Shown piece after piece: positions 26,418-36,058 of a stretch of DNA of 64,000 bases. The stretch comes from Polyangiaceae bacterium. GTDB lineage: Bacteria; Myxococcota_A; Polyangia; Polyangiales; Polyangiaceae. Position numbers and translations under genes: made by a program. A model generated the notes under the pieces. It ran no database searches. It worked only from the letters and a program-made list of their open reading frames with translations, and was not told the origin of the DNA. The stretch covers positions 256,001 to 320,000 of the forward strand of contig JBILLK010000009.1 in NCBI GenBank assembly GCA_044376115.1, in the 5' to 3' direction. Numbering within the stretch: the stretch's first letter is position 1; each line of letters opens with the position of its first letter.

Positions 26418-28115
26418 ATGATCCAACGCTCATCGGCCTTGCTCGGCCTCGTGGCCATCGTCGCTTGTACCAACACCGAAATCGTCGCGCCACCGCGCGA
26501 CCCGAAGCCCGTCGGCGTGGAGCCTCAGCCGGAGCCGGAGGTCGTGAAGAAAAATCCGTTCAAGCTCGAGGGCGAGCTCTTGGCCGAAGAGCAGCTCCCG
26601 GTGCTCAAGGGCCCAAAGCCGATCGTCGCCGAGGTCGCCCTGCCCAAAGCGCCGAAGGGCGTGCCGGCGGCGCCGGCGAGTTGCAAGGTGTTTACGGCGC
26701 GCGTTGCAAAGAAGCCGCTCACTCCTGTCGGCGGCGGGACGCAGACCTGCGCCGATCCTGCCGGGGCGCTCTCCGGCTTGGCCGTAGCACTCGAGATGAC
26801 CTCGGGCGACGATCGGGACGCTGCGCTACTCGAGCTCGAGTCGTGCAAAGGTCTGGAGCCGGGGTTGGTGCGGGCCTTGCGCATCGAGCTTGCGCCGCCC
26901 GAGTGCGGTGATGTGCTCGCGGAGCCGCTGCTGAGCAAGAAGCCAACCGGGCTATCGGGGTCGATCGACCATGCGTTGGTGGGGCTCTCGCTCGCAGCAC
27001 GGCTGCATCGCACGGCGGCGACGCCACCGGTGTTGGCTGCGCCCTTCAGCAAAAAGCGCGTAGAGCAGTTCATTCAGAAGGAGCTCTTTCCGTGGTTCAA
27101 CGAGCAGGCGGTCGCTGTTGAAGAGCTTTCGAAGCAGGGCGCCGCCCTCTCTTCCTACGGTAAGGGCGTCGTCGCGTTGGCGGCCGGCTGGGCCGATCTG
27201 CGCATGGTGGATGTGCTGCGTGAGTCGCCCATCCCCGACGAATTTCGCGCCGACACCGAGAAGGGGGCCGTCTACTACGCCGCCCTCGATGATCGCTTGG
27301 AGCCGCGCAAGGCGCGCGGGCGTGATGCTGCGCTGGTTGGGATTCGCGAGATGGCCTACCAAGGCATCTTGGTAGACGAGCGCACCTCCCGTACGCGCTC
27401 GCTTTTGGCCAAGCTCTACGGTGGTCGGCGCGTGGATGGGCTCGATATTCTGTTGCGACCTGCGAGCTCACCTGGCGTTAGTAGTGAGCCTGCCGCGGTG
27501 CTGGCACGTAAGCTACCTACCTTCTATGCCGGGCTCCTGCTCGATCCTGCGAAGGCTATCGAACCGGCCGTCTTTACTGCGCTGACGACGCGGGGTGTAC
27601 CGACGCCGATGCGGGCTGCGCTCAAGGAGGCCGAGGCTACGTTGGTCCCCGAGGTGCGTTCGGCTTACGGGCACTTCAAGCTCGCGATGGGCCTACGCTA
27701 CTGGCGTTCGGTCGACTTCGATGTGGCCGTCGCGCTGTTCGACAAGCTGCCGGAAGACAAGCGCACGGCCGAGGATTGGCTAGGTCACGCCACCGCGCTC
27801 GGTTTGCGTCACGGGCCGACCGACGTGGCTGCGATCATGTTGCAGCTCGACGCAATTGGGCCGAAGTTTGGCGACGTGCGCGCGCTCGACTGGGTTCGCG
27901 ATGAGAAGAAGGGCGTGCCAGCTGCGGGCCAGGCTGCCTTCAACGCGGCGGTCATTCGGCAGATCGCGACGCCGCGCGACGCCGACGGCGCCTATTGGAC
28001 GGCGCTCGAGGAGCGCTACAAGGCGGCTGTGAGCCTGCTCGAAGAACCTGCGCGCAATGAGGCCTTTGAGCGGGCACGCGCTGCAGGCGCAACAGCCAAA
28101 GTGCTATCGAAGTAG
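26418..28115 (+). CDS. Hypothetical helical lipoprotein
   Basis: MIQRSSALLGLVAIVAC lipobox at ATG 26418. The longer track ORF overlaps the ACAD gene. Confidence 0.78.
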   Translation: MIQRSSALLGLVAIVACTNTEIVAPPRDPKPVGVEPQPEPEVVKKNPFKLEGELLAEEQLPVLKGPKPIVAEVALPKAPKGVPAAPASCKVFTARVAKKPLTPVGGGTQTCADPAGALSGLAVALEMTSGDDRDAALLELESCKGLEPGLVRALRIELAPPECGDVLAEPLLSKKPTGLSGSIDHALVGLSLAARLHRTAATPPVLAAPFSKKRVEQFIQKELFPWFNEQAVAVEELSKQGAALSSYGKGVVALAAGWADLRMVDVLRESPIPDEFRADTEKGAVYYAALDDRLEPRKARGRDAALVGIREMAYQGILVDERTSRTRSLLAKLYGGRRVDGLDILLRPASSPGVSSEPAAVLARKLPTFYAGLLLDPAKAIEPAVFTALTTRGVPTPMRAALKEAEATLVPEVRSAYGHFKLAMGLRYWRSVDFDVAVALFDKLPEDKRTAEDWLGHATALGLRHGPTDVAAIMLQLDAIGPKFGDVRALDWVRDEKKGVPAAGQAAFNAAVIRQIATPRDADGAYWTALEERYKAAVSLLEEPARNEAFERARAAGATAKVLSK

Positions 28116-28171
28116 CGCTGGGTCAGCGCGGCCGTCGGGCTCCTTCTGCTGGGAGGGAGCCCTTGCTGCCG

Positions 28172-28660
28172 TTACTCGGACGGAGCTTGCGTCTTGCGAC
28201 CGACCGAGGCGATTTGGTCCCACGATTGGTTCTCGCCACCGCTCAAGATCGTCAACTGACGAAGACGCAGCACGCAGCGAGTTACCGTGGAGGAGTGCGA
28301 GAACATCACGCCTTCCGAAGGGCGCGGCTGCTCAAAGACGGCCTCGGTACCAGGGCGCGGAAACGGATGCGAAAGGAAGGTCTCGTTCTCGTTATTGTGT
28401 TGCCCGCCGAGCAGCCGCGCACCGAGCAGACCGTGGTCAAGGACCGGCTTCTGCGTGGCGATGTCGACAACTTCAATGCACTTGAAGTTGGTGTCGATCA
28501 TGTAGACGCGATTCTGCGTCCACACTTCCAACATGGCCCACGTTCGGTCCACTGCGGGCGGCCGCCGTACCTCGTGAACTAGCTCCACCTCGACCGCCGG
28601 CAGGTTGCCAAAACGGTCATCACGCCGCGACATGGGGGAGGGCTCAGTCGGCTTAGTCAT
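28172..28660 (-). CDS. Hypothetical protein
   Basis: 162-aa ORF continuing the minus-strand gene run; EVWTQNRVY..GARLLGG segment. Confidence 0.72.
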   Translation of the reverse strand: MTKPTEPSPMSRRDDRFGNLPAVEVELVHEVRRPPAVDRTWAMLEVWTQNRVYMIDTNFKCIEVVDIATQKPVLDHGLLGARLLGGQHNNENETFLSHPFPRPGTEAVFEQPRPSEGVMFSHSSTVTRCVLRLRQLTILSGGENQSWDQIASVGRKTQAPSE

Positions 28661-28700
28661 CGGACCTACGGTAGCACGCCGAGCGGGCGCCTCGCGACGT

Positions 28701-30119
28701 TCAACCGGGACTGCTGCGCAGCTGGGCCGGGCTCACGTCCATCAGCACCGGTCCAGCCGGCCTCAGCGTGACGCTCGGCTGTGGACGCGGCGCTTCGCCT
28801 GCGATTCGCGAGAGCGTCACCCGTTGCAGGATGCGCGCAAAGATGAGCACAGCCTCCATCATGGCGAAGGATTGCCCAATACAAAGTCGCGGGCCCATGC
28901 CGAAGGGGAAGTAGGCAGAGCGGAGCTCCTTGGGAACGCCGCCATCCACAAACCGCTCGGGATTGAAGCCCTCCGGGTTCGGAAAAAAGCTCGGGTGGCG
29001 GTGCGTGACGTAGGGCGAGGTGAAGACCAGACTGTCGCGGGGGATGGGGTACCCGGAGATCGAATCGTCGTTCACTGCGTGGCGGGTGATCATCCACGCG
29101 GGTGGATAGAGGCGCATCGTCTCCATGACGAACGCGCGCGTTCGAGTCAGCTTCTGCACTGAAGCTGCCGTGGGGGCTTCACCACCGAGCACGGCCTCCA
29201 CCTCCGCGGTGACCTTCGCAAGCTCTCCGGGGTGCTGAGACGACAACAGCAGCGTCCAAGCCAATGCGTTCGCCGTGGTCTCGTGGCCAGCCAAGAAGAT
29301 GGTCAGCACCTCGTCGCACAGTTGCTGGTCCGACATGCCTTGGCCGGTCTCCTCGTCGCGCGCCTCGAGCAACATGGTTAGCAAATCGTCGGGTCGACTC
29401 TGTTGCTTGCGACGCGTTTCGACTGTCGTGCGCACGATGCGACGGAGTTCGGCCATGGCCTCGCTGACGCGCCGGTTGTGCGGTGTCGGCAGGTGCCTCA
29501 GCATGTCTTGCACCGGCGAAAAGACCGCGCGCTGTACTTGCAACAGCAACAGGTTGAGCGCTTCGCCCACCGCGCGCGCCTCGCGCGTGAAGTCGGTCGA
29601 GAGCAAGGTGAGCCCAGCGATGCGCAAGGTGACGAACATCATCGCGGCGGCGACGTCTACAGGCTCAGTGCGCGACGGAGCGAGCCAACTATCGACGAGC
29701 TCGTCAGTGGCCTCGACCATCACGTTCGAGAAGCGAGCCACACGCTCGCGGGAGAAGCCCGGCTGCGCGATGCGCCGTTGTTGCAGCCAGAAGGCACCCT
29801 CCGACGTGAGCAGACCGTTGCCTAGGATCCGGCGCAACTTGTCGAAGCCCGGCGTCTGTTTGTCGTAGTTCTTCGCGTTGTCCACGAGCACGTGGCGCAC
29901 AGCGTCGGGGTGGGCGACGAGGTGCGCGGTCGCCCAACCGAAGCGAAAGCGCACCACGTCACCGTGCTCACGGTGGGCCTTGGTGAAGAAGGCCAGCTGC
30001 CCGGCGCGCATCGCAGCCATATGGCCGCCAAACGTTGCGGGAGCCTCTGGAGACGGTGCTAGCGACGCTCTCGACCTCCACAGTGCTAGGAAGGTGTTGA
30101 GCGGGTAGGGCGTCTCCAC
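28701..30119 (-). CDS. Cytochrome P450
   Basis: AGHETTA, ETMRLYPP (ExxR), PERF and heme motif FGMGPRLCIG. Confidence 0.96.
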   Translation of the reverse strand: METPYPLNTFLALWRSRASLAPSPEAPATFGGHMAAMRAGQLAFFTKAHREHGDVVRFRFGWATAHLVAHPDAVRHVLVDNAKNYDKQTPGFDKLRRILGNGLLTSEGAFWLQQRRIAQPGFSRERVARFSNVMVEATDELVDSWLAPSRTEPVDVAAAMMFVTLRIAGLTLLSTDFTREARAVGEALNLLLLQVQRAVFSPVQDMLRHLPTPHNRRVSEAMAELRRIVRTTVETRRKQQSRPDDLLTMLLEARDEETGQGMSDQQLCDEVLTIFLAGHETTANALAWTLLLSSQHPGELAKVTAEVEAVLGGEAPTAASVQKLTRTRAFVMETMRLYPPAWMITRHAVNDDSISGYPIPRDSLVFTSPYVTHRHPSFFPNPEGFNPERFVDGGVPKELRSAYFPFGMGPRLCIGQSFAMMEAVLIFARILQRVTLSRIAGEAPRPQPSVTLRPAGPVLMDVSPAQLRSSPG

Positions 30120-30128
30120 TCTTGCTGC

Positions 30129-32120
30129 CTAGAAGCGCGCCTGTGCTGCGGTACCGAAGCCCAAGAAGTCCGGGCTAACGAAGGTACGCAAGGCGACGGT
30201 TCCCTGGTTGGGGTCTCGCTCAATGAAGGTGGCGTTGTTGTCGCGGATGTACTGAACCCAAACCAACGCGGAAAGGATGCTCGAGAGGTCCCACTTCAGG
30301 CTGGCGCGGGCCTGAATGATTGGTGTGGAGCCGGTGTTGACCGGGAGAATTGCGATGTTGCCCTGCTCGCGAATGACCACCGTGCGGCTGATCGGCGCTG
30401 AGGACAAATCCACTGAGGTGCTGGTGAAGGTAGCCGGCAGCTGCAGACCAAAGCCAAGGCCCGGGGTCAAATGGGCATCCTTGAAGTGGTAGTCCAGCGC
30501 GAGCGCCGCGAAGAACTCCGGCGACGATTCGGCCCCCTCGGGAATGGTCTCGAAGGGAATGAAGCTCGGCTGATTGCGCAGTACGTAGGGCAGGTCGCGG
30601 AAGATTCCGGTGAGGCTCGCTCGGAAGTAGTCCGCCTTGATTTGAGCGGCGAGCGCGCCAGCGAGCGCCGGCTGAATTGCGACCACACCCGTTCGATCGA
30701 AGTCCTTCAGGCGCTGGAAGAGAGCATCGCCCTCGAGGCTAACCTGCCACAGAACTTTGCCTTCAACGTAGGTCTCCGGCCTGAAGATCTGCTGCGGCTT
30801 GTTCGGATCGTTACGGTACAGCGAGAAATCGATCGATTGTCCGACGGGTTGCTCTTCGTGGTGGGCCACGAGTCGAGCCGATACGCCTCCGGTGTACACG
30901 CCTTGGCCCTCGACGTCAGGGAGGTCGAACTTGCCCTGCGTGAAGAAACCACCGCCGACATCGAAGTGGAAGTTGTCGGCAGGCTGAAAGCCGCCACCCG
31001 CAAGCAAGCCGACATTGGTCTGGCCAATGCGAATCTGCTCCACTTCGCTTGTTCCAGGCGTCAGCGTCTCCTCGACCTGAACGATCTGCGCGGTCTTGAA
31101 GCCGACGAAGACGTTGAACTTCGGATGCTCGAACGAGAACTTCGCGCCGGGTGAGCTGCCGACGATACGAGGAAAGATCGACTGGTTGATGTTCGCTGCC
31201 GTGCCGCCCCACGAGAGATCGTAGAGGTAGCCGAGTCGGAAGCGGTCGGTATCGATCGGCCAGAAGGTGAAGCTGAGCCCTTCGACCTTCCTCGGGTCGT
31301 CGTGTTTGGCCGTGTGATAGAACGCTCGGATGAACGAGCCCGCGTCGTAGAACGCCTGGTTCACGTTGCCGCTGTTGGACGATAGCGCCGCCAAGTCGAG
31401 GCGCATGATGAGCGAGGCCTCCGTGTCGAGGTCCTCGATGAAGCCCGGCATCTTCTTGTAAAGCGCGAGGTGCGTGAGATTCTCGCGACCTGCGAAACGC
31501 GAATTCAGGTTGTCGAAGAACAACCGATATTGCCTGCGCTCACCGACGCTGACGAGGGGTGAGAGTGGGAACGCCTGGCCCGTCTGCTTGAGCACATCGT
31601 CATCACCAAACACCCAGGTGAGGCGCGTGTCCATGAAGTCGCCCACGCGGGTGGGAGACTCTTTCTTCTCCTCTTTCTTGGGCTCGACGGGCTTGGTCGG
31701 CTCGGTAGCAGCGTCCTTCGGCGGGTCTTTGGGTGCGTCTTTGGGCGCATCGACCGGCGGGGGCGGCGCCGTAGGAGCGCGAAGTTTGGCTGCGCGCGTC
31801 TTTGCCTCATCCGAACGACTCGCGCCCGCCTGAGCAACTTGCTCGAACTCGCTCGCAGCGAGCGACGCGAAGCCTTGGCGTTCGTGGCAGTCCGCAAGGT
31901 TGAAGAGCAGCTCAAGCGGCTTGGGACCAGGGGCGTCCGCCGGCGCTTTGCTGGCAATGCCGTAGGCCTCCTCGAACAACAGACAGGCCTGCTGAAGGTC
32001 GTTCCGCCCAAGAGCGGCCTCAGCGTCCTTCCTGACCTCGTCCGCCGATTTTTCCTGGGCGTAGAGCGTCGTCGGGCAGAGCAGGAGGAGAACAGCGATG
32101 GTTGAGCGGAGCCGTGCCAT
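30129..32120 (-). CDS. Putative outer-membrane beta-barrel protein with N-terminal TPR and Pro-rich linker
   Basis: Signal peptide; TPR (ACLLFEEAY..LFNLADCHERQG); alternating beta-strands; ends GFGTAAQARF (terminal Phe). Confidence 0.7.
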   Translation of the reverse strand: MARLRSTIAVLLLLCPTTLYAQEKSADEVRKDAEAALGRNDLQQACLLFEEAYGIASKAPADAPGPKPLELLFNLADCHERQGFASLAASEFEQVAQAGASRSDEAKTRAAKLRAPTAPPPPVDAPKDAPKDPPKDAATEPTKPVEPKKEEKKESPTRVGDFMDTRLTWVFGDDDVLKQTGQAFPLSPLVSVGERRQYRLFFDNLNSRFAGRENLTHLALYKKMPGFIEDLDTEASLIMRLDLAALSSNSGNVNQAFYDAGSFIRAFYHTAKHDDPRKVEGLSFTFWPIDTDRFRLGYLYDLSWGGTAANINQSIFPRIVGSSPGAKFSFEHPKFNVFVGFKTAQIVQVEETLTPGTSEVEQIRIGQTNVGLLAGGGFQPADNFHFDVGGGFFTQGKFDLPDVEGQGVYTGGVSARLVAHHEEQPVGQSIDFSLYRNDPNKPQQIFRPETYVEGKVLWQVSLEGDALFQRLKDFDRTGVVAIQPALAGALAAQIKADYFRASLTGIFRDLPYVLRNQPSFIPFETIPEGAESSPEFFAALALDYHFKDAHLTPGLGFGLQLPATFTSTSVDLSSAPISRTVVIREQGNIAILPVNTGSTPIIQARASLKWDLSSILSALVWVQYIRDNNATFIERDPNQGTVALRTFVSPDFLGFGTAAQARF

Positions 32121-32137
32121 GTCGTTTGCTTTCTTCA

Positions 32138-32169
32138 CGATGAGCTTTGTGCGCGATGAGCTTTGTGCG
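32138..32169. repeat. Perfect 16-bp tandem duplication
   Basis: CGATGAGCTTTGTGCG occurs twice in tandem in the intergenic region. Confidence 0.9.
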
Positions 32170-32187
32170 CGTTCCTAGCTTGGACGC

Positions 32188-33666
32188 TTAGTTGGAGCCT
32201 TCGTCGTTGTCGTCTTCAGTTCGAAGGTCCACGCAGGCTTGCTTCGAAGTGCTCACTTCCTTCGAGCAGCCTTCCTCTTGGCAGACGAGGTCCGCTGTGC
32301 AGCGAGCGTCGATCGTCCAATTGAGATTTCCGCCGGAGAAGTTGCGCAAAGTGCCGGTCAAGCTGGTCAGCGTCGCACCTCGATTGGCCACCGGACTAAA
32401 CTCAGGTGCGCCATCCGTCTGGACCTGGATGACGCTCATTCCACTCATGACCTGTTTGGCGACCTTGTAGTTGCCGCGCGCAACGAAGCTGGTCCACTCG
32501 GTGCACTCCGGGTCGTCGGAGCAAAGGTTGCCGCAGCTACCCTCAGCATCGCTCTCGAAATCGATTCGACCATCACCGTTGAAGTCACAGTTCGTGGCGT
32601 TCGCGCCGAACATCCCGCCGAGCGCCAAGCCTGGGCCCATTTTCCCTGAGACGTGGTAGCCCTCGATGCGAACCAGCCCGCTCTCGAGCGCCTCCATCGC
32701 GTTTGGGTCGATGATGGTTTCAGGGTCGAGTACGACCGGCGCCGGAACCCGGCACTTGTCCTCATCGCCTTTGACAAGGCCAATCGACTCGTAGCTCGGG
32801 AAGTTCATTTCAGTGAAGCCAAAGAACTCACTCACCGTTCCCGAAAGCAGCGTGAGCCGATCACACACACGCAGGTTGCGCGGCGTCGAGAAGCTGAAGG
32901 CGAACATGTGGTTGAAGCCAGCGTCTTGCCCCGAAAGATCGGTCGCGTAAAATCCGTCCTTGGCGATTCGCGTGACGATCACCTCGTGCTCGCCCGAGGT
33001 GTTGATCGTGATCGACTCGAATGCGTAGGGCGTGGTGCTTCCGGTCCCCTGAACGTCCTGGATCGACGGGAGTTCGTAGTAGATCGTCGGCGAGACACCC
33101 GCCGAATAGGTTCCCCCCGTCTCCGAGTTGTCGTCAGCGAACTGGCAGCCGGTGTCGTTCGGATAGTCCACCGCGACATCGTCGTCGGGGTCGTCGTTCT
33201 TTCCGTTCGCGCACGCTGGCGTTTCTCCTTCGGGCGCAGGCAAGTAGCCAAGGTCCTCCACCTCGATCCGCGTCGGACCGTAGCTGGCAGTCGCCAAGAT
33301 GCGCGCTTTGCCCTTACCGCCGCGCAGCCGCAGGTTCCGGCCCTCAGAAGAATTGTCTTCGAGGTCAACCACCGAAACGACCGAGCCCGGCTCAATCTTC
33401 ACGCGAACATAACCATCGAAGTCTTTGAGTTCGCCCGACCCGCCGACCGCTTCCACCTCGATCTCGAAGCTGTCGTCCCTCTCGCCCGTGTTTGGGTCGA
33501 GCGGGCTCTCCTTCGACGGCGGATCTGCGTCGTTCACCGAGATCAGTCGGACGCGAAAGGTCTGAAGGTCCTCCACCTCGCCAACTGTCTCGTAGCAGCT
33601 GCCGAGCACGAAGGAGCTTGCGAAGAGCCCAACGCGGGCGGCGCTACCGAGTCTGCGCTTGTTCAT
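32188..33666 (-). CDS. Lipoprotein with OB-fold-like region and acidic Cys motifs
   Basis: Lipobox VLGSC. SIQDVQG..TPY..VIVT..DGFYATD..CDR..SGTVSEFFGFTE resembles ExeM/YhcR OB folds. Confidence 0.72.
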   Translation of the reverse strand: MNKRRLGSAARVGLFASSFVLGSCYETVGEVEDLQTFRVRLISVNDADPPSKESPLDPNTGERDDSFEIEVEAVGGSGELKDFDGYVRVKIEPGSVVSVVDLEDNSSEGRNLRLRGGKGKARILATASYGPTRIEVEDLGYLPAPEGETPACANGKNDDPDDDVAVDYPNDTGCQFADDNSETGGTYSAGVSPTIYYELPSIQDVQGTGSTTPYAFESITINTSGEHEVIVTRIAKDGFYATDLSGQDAGFNHMFAFSFSTPRNLRVCDRLTLLSGTVSEFFGFTEMNFPSYESIGLVKGDEDKCRVPAPVVLDPETIIDPNAMEALESGLVRIEGYHVSGKMGPGLALGGMFGANATNCDFNGDGRIDFESDAEGSCGNLCSDDPECTEWTSFVARGNYKVAKQVMSGMSVIQVQTDGAPEFSPVANRGATLTSLTGTLRNFSGGNLNWTIDARCTADLVCQEEGCSKEVSTSKQACVDLRTEDDNDEGSN

Positions 33667-35939
33667 TTGCCCACCATTCGCAAACGGCCATCAGAGAAAT
33701 TTCCGATGGTTCGATCGACGCACGCGAGGAACTTGCATTGCTCGCCAGCGGAAGCACACGGGTTGATGTCCAGCTCGCACTTCTCCGCGATGTCGGCGTT
33801 CGGTGCTGCGTCGCAGGTGGCGCGGTCGAAGGCCGCGATGTCGACTCGGCATTGCGCGAGCACGCATTTCCCCGCTGAGCCGCAGTTAGCGTCGGCGTTC
33901 GTTTCGCACAGCTCGCCTTCATTGACCGCGTTCTCGCAGGCACAGACGTAGGTTCCGTCTTCAACACCGCAGAGCGCCGGATCTTCGCCCTCTTTGCAGC
34001 CACAATCGGCGTCAACCGCGCATTCTCGCAGCTCCCCGTTGGAGCCCGAGCCGCAGGGTGAGCCACCACGAATGTAGTCAATCAGCGCGTCACGCTGCTG
34101 CACCCTCGTATCAAACTGGGTGGTGTTTCGTTGCAACACGCGGAAGCCTGAGCCACCGCCTGCCAAGTAGTTGGATGTCGCCAGCTCGTAGTAGCCAAAG
34201 TCGTCGATTGGTTGCCAGCAGATGTTGTTCTCGACGTCACACTGCCCGAAGACCTTGGCACCGCACTCGTCATCCGCGGTACAGGCGCGCGGGTTCTGGT
34301 TGGCGTCCAGCTCGGCGCCGATGAAAATGCCGGCGGCTATACCGTTGGTCTCGAAGCCGTCGCTGTTGATCGAGGTCTGGTCGCAGTCGATCACGATCCG
34401 TGCGCCTGCGATTTGCACCTGGGAGACGCAACCGCGGCCGGCGGAGCGACGTGCGACGAAGTCGAAGAGCTGCTGCACCTCGACCCCCGACAGCTGCATC
34501 TTGCTGATCGAGTTGTCGAACGGGAAGACGTTGTACATCTGCTCGACCGTGATCGGCCCGGGCACGAGGTCGGCGCGGATACCCGTTGTGTTGGTCAGCG
34601 AGAAGTCCGTCTGGATGCCAAGCCGCAGCCACATTGCGTTCGAAATCAGGTTGCCCAGCGCCGAATCCCCGCCCGAGGCGCTCGAGCGTCGTGAACCGTC
34701 GGGGGCGTAGCCCACCAGCAGTTCGAGGTTGGCGAGCGTATCGAGCTGCTGTGCGTAAGGCTCGAGCACGTTGATGAGCGTCGGGTCCTCAGGCACGCTG
34801 TCGTTGACGGCGAACAGGTTGAACGAACTCGAGAGAACCTCGAACCCGTTCACCGGATCGTAGCAATCGTCTTGTGCTTTGTTCGGGTCGCACGCCTCCG
34901 CTAGGTCTTCCGCGGCGTTGCTGAGGACGAGGTCGAGCCGGCCGACATACTTCGCAAACGCGCCGGAGTGCGCGAGCACAACCTCGCGCGGCTTGCAGTA
35001 GCGACGCTCCTTCTTTCCGCTCTCTGCGCCATCGACCTCGACATAGAAGCTCTGCGCCTCCTCGTCGAAGTTCTGAGAACAATCGAACACCTTCTTCGGC
35101 GGTTGGAGAACGATGTGATTGTGACCGCCGAGCACCACGTCGAGCCCGGTGGTGGTCGCAATCAGTTCCTCGTCATTCTCCAAGCCAAGGTGCGAGATGA
35201 CGGTGACCACGTCCACGTAAGGCCGCAGCATATCGATGTAGGCTTGGGCGATCTGCGTCGTCCCGAGCGGCGTGATTCCCAACCTGTTGGGGCTATCGAA
35301 AATCGAGGTCAAGCTCGACAGGTTGGCCATGCCGATCACGGCGACGCGCAGACCGTCGGCGTCGAGCACGGTGTACGGTCTGAACAGGGTCCCCAGCGGC
35401 GAAGCCCCCGGCTGCGAGGCGTCTTCCATCTGGTAGTTGGCCGCCAGCGGAGGAAAGGTTGCCCACTTCTGCAGCTGGACGCCGAGGTTTCGCGCACCCG
35501 AGTCGAACTCGTGGTTGGCGATCAACATGGCGTCGATGCCCATGGTGGAGAGCGACTTGATCTCCGCTTCCCCGTTGAAGAAGTTGAACACCGGAGCGCC
35601 CTGGAAGCAGTCCCCGCCGTCGATGTGGAGCGATCGACCCGCGCGTGCTCGCTCCCGCCCGACGATGTGCGAGATCCTCGCGATTCCGCCCACGTTCGCG
35701 ATCGCTCCGTTCTCTCCCAGACCCAGACCTGCGTCGACCTGGCCTACCTGGAAGTTGTAGGGAAAGAGCCGCGAATGGATGTCCGAGGTGTGAAGTAGGG
35801 TCAGGTGAACCTGACCTTGGAGCTGTGTCTTGGGCGGGGGTTCTTCACAACCACCCATGGTGGCGGCGGCGAACCCGGCGCCTCCAAACATTAGCGCAGC
35901 GCACGAAAGCGCCTGCGCTCGGAGTCGCCAATGAGCCAT
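33663..35939 (-). CDS. Bifunctional metallophosphatase/5'-nucleotidase lipoprotein with Cys-rich inserts
   Basis: HTSDIHS, DGGDCFQG, ANHEFD, SHLG, GGHNH, NTTGIRA, FPFDN and YLAGGGSGF. Confidence 0.93.
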   Translation of the reverse strand: MAHWRLRAQALSCAALMFGGAGFAAATMGGCEEPPPKTQLQGQVHLTLLHTSDIHSRLFPYNFQVGQVDAGLGLGENGAIANVGGIARISHIVGRERARAGRSLHIDGGDCFQGAPVFNFFNGEAEIKSLSTMGIDAMLIANHEFDSGARNLGVQLQKWATFPPLAANYQMEDASQPGASPLGTLFRPYTVLDADGLRVAVIGMANLSSLTSIFDSPNRLGITPLGTTQIAQAYIDMLRPYVDVVTVISHLGLENDEELIATTTGLDVVLGGHNHIVLQPPKKVFDCSQNFDEEAQSFYVEVDGAESGKKERRYCKPREVVLAHSGAFAKYVGRLDLVLSNAAEDLAEACDPNKAQDDCYDPVNGFEVLSSSFNLFAVNDSVPEDPTLINVLEPYAQQLDTLANLELLVGYAPDGSRRSSASGGDSALGNLISNAMWLRLGIQTDFSLTNTTGIRADLVPGPITVEQMYNVFPFDNSISKMQLSGVEVQQLFDFVARRSAGRGCVSQVQIAGARIVIDCDQTSINSDGFETNGIAAGIFIGAELDANQNPRACTADDECGAKVFGQCDVENNICWQPIDDFGYYELATSNYLAGGGSGFRVLQRNTTQFDTRVQQRDALIDYIRGGSPCGSGSNGELRECAVDADCGCKEGEDPALCGVEDGTYVCACENAVNEGELCETNADANCGSAGKCVLAQCRVDIAAFDRATCDAAPNADIAEKCELDINPCASAGEQCKFLACVDRTIGNFSDGRLRMVGK

Positions 35940-36058
35940 GGGCCAACGTTACTAGGTACGGTCTGCCCAGACCTCAAGCAAAAAGGTTGTGACGAAGACG
36001 AGTCCTCCCGCGACACTAGCGCATCCTCGGTTACGCCCTCTATCCTCGCGCCCAGAGG

